NCBI GenBank assembly: GCA_037447605.1
Contig: CM074822.1
Coordinates: 891,492-955,491 of the forward strand
From: Zygnema circumcarinatum SAG 698-1b
Lineage: Eukaryota > Plantae > Zygnematophyceae
Direction of reading: 5' to 3'
DNA length: 64,000 nt
Position numbers and translations under genes: made by a program. The stretch's first letter is position 1, and each line of letters starts with the position of its first letter. Below are positions 9,754 to 22,846 of this stretch, piece by piece. The notes below the pieces were generated by a model that made no database searches, was not told where the DNA came from, and saw only the letters and a list, made by a program, of their open reading frames with translations.

Positions 9754-11515
9754 CCCTCCCCCTCTCTCTCTCTGTCTCTCTCTCTCTCTCTGATCGACAC
9801 TCGCTCTACCTCTCTCTCTCTCTCTCGCTCTCTCTCTGATCGACACTCGCTCTCCCTCTCTCTCTCTCTCTGATCGCCACTTGCTCTCCCTCTCTCTCTC
9901 TCTCTCTGACCGCCTCTCGCTCTCGCTCTACTATTCCCCCTCACTCTTTCTTCTTTTTCGGCCTCCCTCTCACACTATCACCCGCCCCCTCTCTCTTCCT
10001 TTCTCTCCCAACCACTCGTTCCCTCTCCCCCGGCTCTCCCTCTCTCACTTCCTTTCCTTCTCCCTCCTCTCTCTCTTAATTTCTTTCACCACCTCCCTCT
10101 GTCCCTCCCTTATTTCGCCCTTCCGGTCACTCCCCCTCTCCCTCCCCCACTTCCTCTCTCTCTCCACCCACTCCCTCTCCCTCTTCCTACCCCTCCCTCT
10201 CTCTCTCCCCTCTCTCTCCCTCTCTCTCTCCCTCCCTCGCTCACCCCTCGCCCTCTCTCTCGTCCTCCCTCTCCCTCTCTCTCTCCCCCCTCTCTCTCTC
10301 TCCCTCTCTCCCTCCCTCTCCCACTCCCTCACTCTCTCCCCCCTTTCCCTCTCTCTCCTCCCTCTCCCCTCCCCCGCCCTTTCCCCCTCTCCCCTCCCCC
10401 GCCCTCTGCCCTCTCCCCTCCCCCGCCCTCTCCCCCGCTCCCTCTTCCTCCCCCGCCATCTCCCCCGCCCTCTCCCTCTCTCCCCCGCCTCTCCTTCCGC
10501 CACGTCGCCGTCGCCGTACCGTACTGCCGATCGTAACCGTACGATTGATTGTGGTTCCGTACAGCCACCAATTTCCCATGAGCTGACGTGGCAGCCCGCG
10601 CGTGCTCTCACCGACAAGGTTTTACCGTACGGCCACGTCATCAGGGCGGTTGCCTCATTCAATGAAGTCCGAAAAATCTCGGTTCGCAGGGGCGGTAATA
10701 TATGTCTTTTTGAAAGTACAACAATAGTGTGTCGTCTTTTCACGATGGCCTTCATTTATAACAACAAAATATCATTGTCGTCATGAATATAACCAATCGG
10801 AGGACGGCAAGTGGCACATTTTGGCACATGTGTCGAATCCCGATCTGCACACGTGGCGTATTAGAGGGACGCTGTAGAGCTGTGATTGGTGGACCATCCT
10901 GAATAGATTTTACCGTACGGACAGGGTCGGACGAGGCCGCTTACGGAGCACATGCTCCCGGTCCCGTTGAAACGTGAAACTGGATTTGAAAGAGCATGGA
11001 ACGCACGTGCCGGCAACTTCACGCGGTTCTATGTTCTGTTTCTATGGCAGTTCCGCTGCCACATTTTAGCCATTTTGACATGAAAACGCCACGTGTCGTC
11101 ACGGAGCAATTCGACCGTTGGACAGAAGGACACAAAAGAACGAAAAGTTTGAACAAATTTGGAAGTTATAACAATGTTCGCCCATTGAAGGCGGTGGCTC
11201 TAGGGCCAACACGCCAAGAAGGCACAATGGCTCCACAACAACATGGTTCATGCATGGTCCAATCTCCCCAAAAGCCAAACATGACTTACAAAAAAGTTTA
11301 GTCAGCTACTAATAAAGTGCTTCACAAATGGACCATTGGTACAAAATAGACCATGGTCAACGGTCAATAGTCAACGGCCAATGTTCAATTAGTACAATCA
11401 ATGACTAGACCTTACTGGGTTCAGAAATTTGAAGGTTAGGTTAGGGTTTAGAGGTGCGGTCTGAGGCCCTTTTATTCTCTCTCTCTCTCTCTCATATTTT
11501 ACAGCGAGCGAGCCC

Positions 11516-12912
11516 TCAGTCGACTGTGGCCGCGCTGGCGACATATGTGATGTAGACCGTCCAGATTAACGCTGCGCAGTTATTCCCCAGGGGCTGCATT
11601 CACATGCGCACCACACACAGGCCGTCAAACTGTGACATGGAACGGGCAGCGACCTGAACTAATTCATAGTCCGAGAGAGAGAGAGGAACATACGGCAAAG
11701 ATTCAAAGAGAGGAGTAATGGAATACCATGGAATCACAACCGCAAACGAGAGGGAGATAGAGAGAGACTGAGAGCAAGAGGGAGGGAGGGAGGNNNNNNN
11801 NNNGAGGGGAGGATGGGGAGGGAGGGAGGGAGGTACGTACCTGCAGGCGTACAGGGACATATCGGAAATTGAGGATGTCGCAAAAGGGCCAATAGCAGAG
11901 CCCCTTCACAAGGGTCGGAATAAGATCTCTCTTTAACCGCATCCCTATCTCATGCACCGTCTCGCCTGCGGGCCAACATTCCAAACCAATGCCATACAGT
12001 ACCTACCCCATTAAGAGTTCTTTTTCTAAAATTTTTTTTTTTTTTTTTGCCGCCTTATCTTACGTTAAGAACAGACGGAGCATTTGCTTCTACAAAAGTT
12101 GCAGATTTTTTGGACTCCTTAACGGTTTTTAGGGTTTCTAGAGAATTTTGAACCCCACCTTGAGCCGCTCCATTGATGGAGAAGAAAGTGGCGGTGAAGG
12201 CGGGTCCATATGAGACTTGGCCGAGAGCCATTTTCAGAATTGCACTTGTAAAATCTGTTCCCGGAAGTATTCTTGACATTAATCCGTACCACAAATGCAG
12301 GGAGGGCCCCCACATGAAGAGACCAATTGCAGCCATTCTGGCGAGTCTTGCCGAGTCTATCACTTTTGGGGCATCAGAGAGGGGAGGGAATTCGCCTTCT
12401 ATGGTGAGAATCTGGAGAGAAAATAGAAGAGGGAAGCAGTGGAGGGGGGTCCAAAGTTGGTTTCGTTTGGCAGAATTGCATGGCAATGTACTATTGGAAG
12501 TAGGAAGGCAGGTGTGTGTGGGATGAAGGAGAGATTGGGGGGGGGGGGGAGGGGAGGTATGAGAGGCTGGGAGAAGGAAGGAGAAAGGGGAGAGGAGGAG
12601 GAGGGGAGATAGGAATAAGGAAGAGTGAGGGAGAGGGGGGGCAAGGGAGGCAGCAGGGGGAAGTAATAGAGAGGGGATGGGAGGAGGAAGGGAGGACAGC
12701 AAGAGACGAGGGCAGGAGCGATATTGAGAATGTGAGAGAGGAGAGAGGGGAGGTGGACGGAGAAGAAGACGAGGGGAGAGAGTGAGGGAAAGAGGCGAAA
12801 GGGGGAGGAGCAGGGAGAAAGGCAGAATAAAGAGAGGGAGAAATGAAGCCCCTGACTTGTCCAGCTTTTAGAAGACTAATCGATTGAGAGTTAGGGAGAG
12901 AAAAAGAGGGCA

Positions 12913-12949
<37 letters not shown>

Positions 12950-13923
12950 AGAGAATCTCCCTAAACTTATTAGCTTACTTTACAACAGTTCATCATTTAC
13001 AGATCTAACTTTACAGTGACAATCTCTTCTCACTTTTTAAAGAAAGAGATTCTTAACTGCATTCAACTTTACTGGAATTTACAAACAAGGAAATTTAAAA
13101 TCAGATATACTAAAAAGAAAGTAAAGTAATTAATCCGCACTAAAGGCCTTTAAGTTGAGCCTTCTCCCACCTGAGTCGTCACATCTGCCACCACAAAAAT
13201 GCTCGCTGCTGTCACACTTTTCGTCAAAATTGGCTTTGTCTCCAACATGCGCAGATACCAATTAATCAAACCGCCTTCAGTGGTGCCACGTGGCACCTCT
13301 GGAGTGGCCACTGCCGCTCCCGCGGGCTTCACTCCCTGCGTCTGCAGCGTCCGAGATCTGCTGTACCTCCGAATAAGCAATGGAAACCCTAACATTTCAG
13401 CTTTTTTAGTGCTTGGGCTCATAGTTAAGCTCGTCCATATCGTGAGGGATCTCGACGACATTTTCTTTTGAAAGACCCGAGCGACATCCCCAATATGCTT
13501 AAAGGATGATGATGATGATAAAGATGATGATGTCAATAAAGATGATGATGTGGGGAGTGTTCGGGCTGAAGCAGCAGACAGAGAAATGCACTTCTGGGAC
13601 ATATGAGATGCCTTTATTCCCCAAATTAGGGCAAATTTTGAGGTGGAATCGGAGGGAAAAGATGAAGAAAGGAGAGATTTTGATATATGGGAGTCATGTC
13701 CTGGGTTTGAAAGGTGGGGCTTGATGGGGTTGAAGGCCTGCTTAGCGGCTGGGAGAGAATGAATAAAGGAAATATTACAGTTTTGAAGAGATTTGTGAAG
13801 GGACGTGGAAGGTATGTGATGTGGGGGGGAGGAATGTATGTGATGCCATGAGGCCTTATGTATGCTTGATGTCAGGGATCTGGATATGGTATTGAGGACA
13901 TGGCGGGACCAGGAGGGAGACAT
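11516..13923 (-). CDS. Mpv17/PMP22-family membrane protein with a long Ser-rich N-terminal extension (likely transit peptide); ~402 aa, 4 exons
   Basis: Exons 13923-13171, 12411-12159, 11965-11841, 11593-11516 with consistent phases. Motifs WYLRMLETKPILTKSVTAASIFVVADVTTQ, RLARMAAIGLFMWGPSLHLWY, KMALGQ, YWPFCDILNFRYVPVRLQPLGNNCAALIWTVYITY are typical of Mpv17/PMP22. Confidence 0.92.
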
Positions 13924-14197
13924 GGCAGAGCTTTTGGGACGAAGAAAAGAAAGGGGTAGAGTATAATTTTATAGAATAAGGGGGAAGACAGAGAGAGTGA
14001 GAGAGTGAGAGCGAGTGAGAGCCAGAGAGGGAGTGGGGAGAATGGGGGGCGAGAGTGTATGGGAAAGGAAGAGGGAGGCAAGTGGGAGAGAAATAGGGAG
14101 ATGAAGAGAGGGACAGGGAGAGGAAGAATGAGGAGAGCGTTTGTATGGGAATGGAAGAGGGAGCCAAGTGGGAGTGAGAGGGAGATGGAGGGGACTC

Positions 14198-14252
<55 letters not shown>

Positions 14253-15168
14253 AGAGAGACGATAGGCAGGGTGAGAGGGAGAGGAGAGCGGGAGTAAAGA
14301 AGGCCAATAGTGAGGAGGCGCAAAAGCAACGAGGCTGCAGAGGCAGCGGGAGTGGCGCCACTCCCTTCCGATATTTACGATATATCGAGAAAATATCGAG
14401 AGGGAGTGCAGGAAGGCTGCCACGTGCCGACTGCTCCTGAGCGTCACTCCCAGAACTGCGAACTGGACGTCGAATTCAGCCAATAGATATTCGTCACGTG
14501 TTCAATTGTGCACCCGTGGCAAGCTCTCATTGGACGATGCCCGACCATTGAGCTCGCTATGGTGACGGTGCACTGCGTCGCCTTCAACAAAACTTGACTT
14601 TTATATGCATGGATTCGCTGTTAATGTTCAGCAGAATGTGAGCTGGAACTGGTTGAAAATAAACATGCACATGTATACGCGAGTAAATCAAACCTAAAAA
14701 CTAAACTTCAGAACCAGTACTGTTTTCTCTCCAAATCGAATGAAAAACGCTGAGCTAAATGTACTAATTTGTAAAAACGAGCACCCTCCGTTTCTGTCAG
14801 GATTGAATTTCCCTATTGACTATTGGGAAGAAGATCTATGTGTCACCGTGATAGATTACTTCGCTGAAACTGGGCATGGAAACGTGCATGGAGCGACTGT
14901 AACGACCGTTCAACAAGCCGTAATGTACAGCAGCATGGAGAGGCTCCAGATTAGATATTGGGCCTTTCGCCACAGAATTCTTACTCGAGAATCCCTCCAA
15001 TGACAACACACCACGTGTACATTATGTCCACGTGACGAATTTCTATTGGAGGATGCTTCAGTATTAGACCCACAGCCCCTCTCCCCCTACCGTCCTCTCG
15101 CCTCCTTTTAAGCGCCCCACAAGCTCAGAAAGTGGAGTCCCCCTCCCTCTCCTCATTTCTGGCCAGCC

Positions 15169-15983
15169 ATGGCTTCCCTGCATGCTGCAGCAGCAGTTCC
15201 ATGGAGCCCCACATACCCCCAAACAAGCGCAAGTCTTACTCACATTTCAGGGCTAAATACTAAGTCATTTGCATTCTGCAAAACCTCACAAAACGCTCCT
15301 TCGTCATCTTCTTCTTCTTCTTCTCCTCCCCCTCCCCCCACCTTCAAGAAACGCTCTGCTCTGCCTCTGCCTCTCCCTCTGCTCCCTCCCTCCTCCCTTC
15401 AAAGCAGGCGCTCTCGGACGATTGCGGCTGCAGGGGGGGGCTCCTCGGAAGGTTCGGCGAAGGAGGAGCAGGGGGGGCCTCCAGAGAAGTCGAAAGTTGT
15501 TCGCCGGTCGAAGTCTGCAGCAGGAGCAGCAGCAGAGTCCGCACGTGCGGATGCTGACGTCAGTATGGTGATGAAGGCGGTGGAGGAGAGAGGAGTGAGC
15601 GTGGAGGGAGTGGCGAGGGTTGAGAGGGCCGCGGCTTTGGACGTGTCTGCTGCCCTGTAAGGAGGGGCTCTTGGGGAAGGCATTTTAGGGTTAATAAGGA
15701 AATTTTTAAGGAGGAATTGGGGCGTTCTGTGTGTGGCGGATTAGAGTGGTGGTTGTGAATGCGTACACTGGGGAAGGGAAAGTACGAAGACTGTAAGGTT
15801 GGATTTTTTCCTTTTCGTAGTTTACTTGCAGAATTGTTATCCACCATTATGTTTTGTTTTACTCACCTTCCTCTCCCTCCCTCTTCCTCCCTCCCTCTCC
15901 CTCCCCCTTTTTTCGTCTCCGAAGGGAGAGGGAGTGGGAGGGAGGGGGAGGGAGGGGGGATTCATCGTTCTAAGAGAGAGAGA

Positions 15984-16019
<36 letters not shown>

Positions 16020-17898
16020 CGCTGCATTTTGGAATTTTACGCCTTTTCGTTTTGCTGCGACTGAAAGTCTGCTTCTCTGCCACTATAATTTTAGAGGGTA
16101 GTTTTCTTATAGGATGCTTACTTCAGAGGATGAGGAAAACGAGGTAAGAAATGAAGTCATTTGGAAATGTCTGTTGTCTTGACGGCAGGCGAGTTGCAGC
16201 GCTGGCCGGAGGAGACATCGCCGGCATTCTCCTCTTTTCGTGGATTGGACGCGCAACTCATGTCTCCGCAGCGATAGATTTTGAGCTTGTGAAGACTGCT
16301 GATCCCTTCATTGCCGGTGAGAAGTATGATCCTTGAAGGATGGAATTGCTTCACATTAGCTTATGGATAGCAGGTATGTATGCACCTGGGAATGGACTAT
16401 AATGGCCAAAAGGGTCTCGTGCAGGCTTCCTAGAGAGACGTGAAGAGGCAAAGGGGAAGGAATGGACAGTGACAGAGAGAGAGAGAGAACGGTGGGAGGC
16501 AGAGAAAGAGAGAGAACGGAGGGAGGGCCCACAGAGAGAGGGAGAGAACGCTGGGAGGGCAGAGAGAGAGAGAAGGAGAGCGATCGGACGAAGGACAGAG
16601 AGAGAGTGAGAGAACGGAAGGAGGGCAGAGGGAGGAGGACAAGGAGGGTGAGGACTTCATGGACTCGAAAGAAGCTGTGTTTGGGAGCGGGCTGCCTTCC
16701 TGCAGTTCTGATTTTTCTCAATTTCCCTCGGCAATGTTACATCTATAGCTTTGACACCACAAGCATAATGAATCATCGGACGTGAATCCTTATGAAGCAT
16801 ATGCATTCCACTACCCAAACATGGGAAATTTAATCTGAGGTGATTTGCATTGCTTGCTTGTTCGCAGGGTGGATTACTGCTGCGTATTTTCTGGGAGACT
16901 ATCTGCCCGAAAAGGAGCCTCCCAAGGGAGTGGCTGCGGGTGCCTTATCAGGAGTCAAGACTTGGGCACTCGGCGTCCCTGTAAGAAACAAATGGTCTAT
17001 GCTAAAAACTGTCTGAGCTGGTCATATTTTCTCGTTTGGAGCATTGAAAAAAAAAAACAATCCATAACCAACCATGTAAAACTATAACCATGTATAACCT
17101 CGAGGTTCTCAACTTGACTCGGTTCGACTCGACTTTTGCTCTCACATGCCCTTAAATTTATGCCCTTAACTGTAGTCGTTCTTCTCTCTTCTGTATATGG
17201 ATGGATATGTGCAGCTGGGAATCGCAATCAGAAGCTTTATCAAGGGAGACTATCCTCAAGTACCCTTTGTAGCGGTCTCTATGGTCAGCACTCTCGTGCT
17301 TCTGGTCGGCTGGCGAGTTGCTTTTGCCGCAATTTCGGCCAATCAAGAGCAGACCAAGCAGTCGAAAGGCGGGAACCGGCAGGGAAATCCTTTCGAGTTT
17401 TTCGAGGTATGTGGGGCACCACCTGCATCATAGTTTTCTTGACTTAATTAAGGTTCTTCTCAGTCGTTGTGTGAATTAATCAATGGGTCGTTGCAGGGAA
17501 GTAGTCAGAGTCTGCCGGTTTGGCAGGAGGACAAGCAGAGTTTAGCGTTACTGTCTGTTTGTATGGGAAGAGAAGCACAGACACAGACAACGAGGGGGGG
17601 ATTCAGGATTTTAGTGCAGAGGGGGCTGAGATCCAAGACTATAACTTAGGGGGGGGCTGACCAATGTGAGCTGGGAAAAGAAAATCAAAATTCGAGTGTG
17701 TATTTTTTGCTATTAAACCTTCAAGGGCGATCAGTGGCTAACAGCTTTTCAAAATCTGAGGGGGGGCTAAACCCCCCCAACTTGTCTATGTAAGTCTCTC
17801 CCTCCATACAATGAAGAACCCACTTTGGGAAGCGAGCTGACCCTCTCTCACTTTTCTGGGGTGTGCAGTTGCTCACCTCTCTTGTGCGGAGATGGTGA
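15169..17898 (+). CDS. DUF3054-family plastid membrane protein; 5 exons
   Basis: Exons 15169-15656, 16189-16316, 16868-16980, 17215-17406, 17869-17898. Transit-peptide-like N-terminus; motifs LAGGDIAGILLFSWIGR, TADPFIAGWITAAYFLG, KTWALGVPLGIAIR, VLLVGWR, GNRQGNPFEFFE-LLTSLVRRW*. Confidence 0.88.
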
Positions 17899-18563
17899 GG
17901 TGCCCTCCAGCCACACTGCTGCGTTTTGAAGGACTTCAAGCAATTTTTCAGTCATTGGGCATCGGTCATTTTGGCCACATTTGTTGTTGGTCATCATCGG
18001 TCAATGCAACGCGTTGGTCGCTTCGTTTTTTTTTTTTGTCCAGGTATTGGGTTTTCTGAAGTACTTGTACGACCAATGAAAATGGTGGCAGGGCATTGAG
18101 GAGGACTATGAATAGGATTCAAGGTTTCTGTATGATACATAGGAAGGAGAGGTGTCGGTGTCTTAGCCATGACTGGCCGACCCAAAAGGTTGTCACAAAG
18201 GGAGACTTGGTTGAAAATAAAAGAAGAGAATATCTGACCAGTCCTATGTTGCTACTTTGTTCTTTTCCTTGCCAAAACCTATTCTGAGTCACCCAAGCTC
18301 TAAGCTCCTCATAATGGGAGGTTGAGCTCATACCATTTAAAAAAAAAGGGGGAGGGAGGAGGGTATTCTTCGTTGAGGGATTACAAACACGTCGAATCAA
18401 ATCAAAGCCATGAAGGATTCGCAACTATCTTGCATTTGATAAAGTAAATGGAAGAATTGCAGACTTTATGTGATGCATATGCAATTTGCCAGTTCTCGTG
18501 CTAGCGTCATGAGGATGGCCGACCTCCGTGAGTCAATATCCATATACTGCGAACAAAAGCCCT

Positions 18564-18648
18564 AAGGGAGAGGGAAGATGGCATTGAACTCACGATGGCG
18601 AGGCCATCAAATGTACATGATCAAAAGCATGATGTAAAACCATGAGGG
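18564..18648 (-). repeat. ~90-bp dispersed repeat, copy 2 of 3 (inverted)
   Basis: The reverse complement matches 1199-1290 and 37637-37722 (GCTTTTG.TCATGTACATTTGATGGCCTCGCCAT.GTGAGTTCAATGCCAT.TTCCCTCTCCCTT). Confidence 0.75.
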
Positions 18649-19026
18649 GTTTAAAGAGAGAATGGATGCGACACCGGGACTTCAGGACTTTACAATAGCG
18701 ACACACTCAGATTCACCCGCCAGGCATTGCTACTATTTTACTGATCGCTCCCTCCCAGCCCTCCCTCCCACTCTCCTTCCCCACAGTCCTACCGACCCTC
18801 CCATATGTACAATGCATGACCACGAAGACCCGAGCTCCTGAGACACAAAAAATTAAGAAAGCATGAGAGAAGCACGCAAGCTTCTATCTATCCCTCGACT
18901 GGAGCTGACAAGAGACTCGCATGAGGTCATTCCAAGCAGTATCCGATACCTGGCAAATACGGCAGTTATTGTTCGGCACTATTGTAGGCACACGGGTAAA
19001 CAGCAGTGCTATAAATGATGGATAAT

Positions 19027-20978
19027 TCAGAGAGGCCAAATCATGTGTGCATCCTGCACACACCCGATGCCTGCAGGGAAAGTTGGCGTGTTTGGACTCA
19101 GCAGCTTCCCACTGGTGACAGGCTCATGGATCACCCTCTCTTCTCCAGTTTGTGAAAACAGGTCTTCAGAGCAGCTAGCTGTTGTAGACAAGGCCCTGCT
19201 AGGGCTTGCTATGTGTGGGATAACTTGACTTTCAGAGCTGGCTGCCTGAGAGTCCGTTGACGTGATTGTTTCTTGCAAATAATTACACGAGCTTGCATCA
19301 AGCTTATCCATCCCCACAGGGGTAATCTGATGCCACAGAAAGAGGGTGATTAGTTTAACTCATTAATAAAAACTTCAAATTCAAGCTGATTAAAATTCAC
19401 TCTAAAAATGACAGCACTGACAACCTCACGCCTCAAATACGATGCAACGAGACGAAATTTACAGCTTGCACACCGTCGTTTGCAGTTAGATAGCAATTTT
19501 CTTTCGGAAAAAAGAGGGTGATTGGCATCAAGCAAGTTTGGCCGGTACTGTTAGCGACGAGCTGCTTTGGCCGAGTCCAAGTATGGACGCAGAGAGAGGA
19601 GGACGAGCAGGAAGTGGGAGGAGAGGGAGCGGGGTGGAATGGGACTGGAAATGGTAGTGAGGAGGCAGGAAAGGGCAACAAGACAGGAAGGAAGGTGGAC
19701 GATGGTGGATCGCTGCACTGTCAGTTTATCCACCAAAACTGATTCTATCAACATGTCGAGCTAGCATACACGACTCTAATCAGTGCACGTTCTAGGGAAG
19801 CTGCAGCACTGGTGCACAAAATACATATGGCAGCGTTCGTTCGTCTTGAAACTTGCATATTGGATTCAGCCTCACCTGGTAGATGTAAGGATCAGGACGA
19901 CCTCCAGAGCCGGACCGTATCACACTCTTGTTGTTGAGCAGGCTGCGCCAAGAACAAACATTTTCACTTTTCAGTCTTATTGCCAGCAGAAGAAACGGCC
20001 ATCTCCAATAGACTGAAATAAACACTGTTAAAGTGACCCGACCTCAAAGAATTTCTATGCAGACGAAGGTGAATACTCACAAGCGTAAAGCTTTGCTGAT
20101 GTCTGGAGTGTTGCCATGAGTTTGCCGAATCAGACTCTCTTTTACGCACCCACTTTTAACCTGCTTCAGCAGCTTCAGAGAAATGCGCTCAATACGACTC
20201 ACTTCATGTCCTCTAATAGGCTTAATAGTCACTTTTTTCCTGGAAAGCGACAGCACTTCTGTCTTTCTTCGCTTGCAGAGATCATCAACCTCGCCGTCAG
20301 AAGCCGTCCTGCTGTTAGACGATGGAGACGATTTGTTTGGCCTCTTGCGAAAAGCATTATCCTCTGGACTGCACTCCGACCGAGAACGTACAGCGTTGAA
20401 GGAAGAAGCGAGAGAGGTGGCAATTGGCTTGCTATGGCGCCGCTTTACAACCTGCCAATCCAAAGAGAAAAATGAGGCATCGTATTATTACTCAGGATCC
20501 AAACATCTGCTATGACACTCAATATGTATGAGATGTATTACAACGATATGACTTTGTTGCAAGTAAAAATCACCAGAAAGACCTCTCTTTACCTGTAGAC
20601 CTCTCCCTACCTATCCCTCTCCCTCTCTTTCCCCCTCCCTTTTCTCTCCTTTTTCCTTACCTCTGCGGGTCCAATCGCTACCCCTGATTTTGAGCTTGAA
20701 GGCGGCGATTTCACTTCACAGGCTACTTGAGCCAATTGTTGCAGCTTGTCGAGGGAGGTAAGGGTTGGAGACGTTTGAGAATCGTTAGCAGGAAACAACG
20801 AGTTCCACATGGGACTATAACAAAAGACCAGAGGCGTGTTGGAAATGCTTGCTCTCAGAGGTGAAAAACAGACACTGTGGTCTGTAGAAACAGCGGAATC
20901 ACTCTCATTTTTCCGACTTCGTTTTGTGCGCTTTCTGCAAGGATGTTTGCATTCCATGTCCTCAAAGTAGTGAGCCAC
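19027..20978 (-). CDS. Probable multi-exon gene of unknown function (Ser/Lys/Arg-rich, NLS-like clusters); structure unresolved
   Basis: Open frames 20978-20661 (ends GAG|GTAAG) and 20451-20081 (cag|GTT start, |GTGAG end) join in phase. Basic clusters RKRTKRSRK and KRRK; another Ser-rich frame at 19317-19027. No recognisable domain. Confidence 0.35.
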
Positions 20979-22155
20979 GTGCGGCTGGGATCAAGAAGCC
21001 TTTGCCTGAAGCCTGGCACGTACATCAATAACATGCACAAGTCAGGTATTCAGATCTTGACAATACAAAGCCAGAGGGTATTGTCGGTGTCTGTAATTGG
21101 AAAGACACTTCATTGCAGCTTGCCAATATTATGAGTTCCAATACATCCCACCTTCAAGCTTTTCCATCTGGAAACTCAGAAAGACATATCCATATTTTGA
21201 GGATTAAAATATTCTGAAGAGTTTACTGCGTCTTTGCTCGCCACAGGAACAACACCGCATGTCAATTTCATCTTAATCGGATTCTATCACGACAACCAGC
21301 ACAAGTAGGTGCCTACCTGAAGTTACAGCTCGCGGGATGACCAGCCTCGGTCGTCTTCCAGATTACAGCTTGAGCAGGAACTCCCTCCTTTCTGGATTTT
21401 TCGTAAACGAGAGTAGCTCTGCCTGATGCAACTTCCTACTTGCTGAAAGAATTTGAAAAAGCAGCAAGGAAAAATGTGTTGATAAGGAAATGCCAGGAAA
21501 AAACTGCCAAGATTTACAAATTTTATGTTGGATGTTGCGACCTTCGGATCAATAAGAGTATCCCTTCTCTGATGCAGCTGCTTTCTAATTCCTAGAAGGA
21601 CGTGAAAAAGCAGCAAAACTGGACAGATGCAATGATGCCAAGAAAAACTAACCAGTTCTACAAACTGTATGGAGAAGAACTGTGTGCTTGATTGTGTGAT
21701 TCTGCAGCATTATTCGTATAGTTCCTCTTTATGCGTCTGCTTTCCTCTTCATGCTCGCTCGCTTTCTCTCTGTCAATGCGGCTGCACTCCAAAAAAGCCG
21801 CCGACCCTGCGCCTGAGAGTTTCCAACTTTCAATTGCTTCAAACCATGGCGAGAGCTGCAGACGCGCCCCCACCAATGGCGACTGGCCACGTGTCTACAT
21901 TTTGTCCACGTGGCAAACTATAATTGCGCGTCCCGATTGGAAGAAATTTTCCCTGCAATTTGGAGCCGAGGCCCTCAAATTCTGCTCAAAAAATCCGCTA
22001 CTTGAAATTTTCACTTTTGAATTCGGCCGGCGGCATTTTGGGCTTCCGCGCCTCAAGGAAATTCAAATTAAACGTTCGTACAACATCGTACAATTTCGTA
22101 CGTATTCGTACAAAACCATTCGGTTGGCGATGTGTGCGTCGTAAAGTTGAATGCT

Positions 22156-22405
22156 ATGGTTGCTAGCCATTGGTTGCCAGCCATTGGTAGCCAGCCATTG
22201 GTTGCCAGCCATTGGTTGCTAGCCATTAGTTGCTAGCCATTAGTTGCCAGCCATTGGTAGCCAGCCATTGGTAGCCAGCCATTGGTAGCCAGCCATTGTT
22301 TGCCAGCCATTGGTTGCTAGCCATTGGTTGCCAGCCATTAGTTGACAGCCATTGATTGCTAGCCATTGCTTGCCAGCCATTGGTTGGCAGCCATTGGTTG
22401 CCAGC
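22156..22405. repeat. Tandem minisatellite, 14-bp unit (TGGTTGC[C/T]AGCCAT), ~18 copies
   Basis: Directly visible periodicity in 22156-22405. Confidence 0.92.
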
Positions 22406-22814
22406 GGTTGTAACGTTTTCCCTAACAGTTGTTTACCTTCAACAGATGCTTAAAAACCCACTCACTCCCACACTGAAAAAAATCTGCAGCTTTGTAAATT
22501 CGCTGCTGAGCTACAATTCGATTCATTTTTAAGGAGCGTTAATTTTTTTTTTTTTCGCACCATTTCTAAAATTGCCTCAATAAGGATACCAAGTTCGAAA
22601 GGTCTGCAGTGTGCTGATACCAAGCGACAAATGGGAGCTTCACAACCGTGGCATAACTGTAACTGACATAGAACATGCACAGTTTGAGCAGTTAGGGTTC
22701 ACACAGAGCCGTTGGACGAAAAATACTCATAAAAAAAAGAATTGGATCAATCTCTGTCTGAACCTCACATTCACTTTTTGGGATATTTGAACATGGAACA
22801 TGCGTTCTCCGCTT

Positions 22815-22815
22815 G

Positions 22816-22846
<31 letters not shown>

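Noticed and set aside
16113-16143. Possible 31-nt exon (ag|...|gtaag) in the DUF3054 gene
   Set aside because: Inclusion shifts the frame. The direct 15656-to-16189 splice restores the conserved RVAALAGGD.
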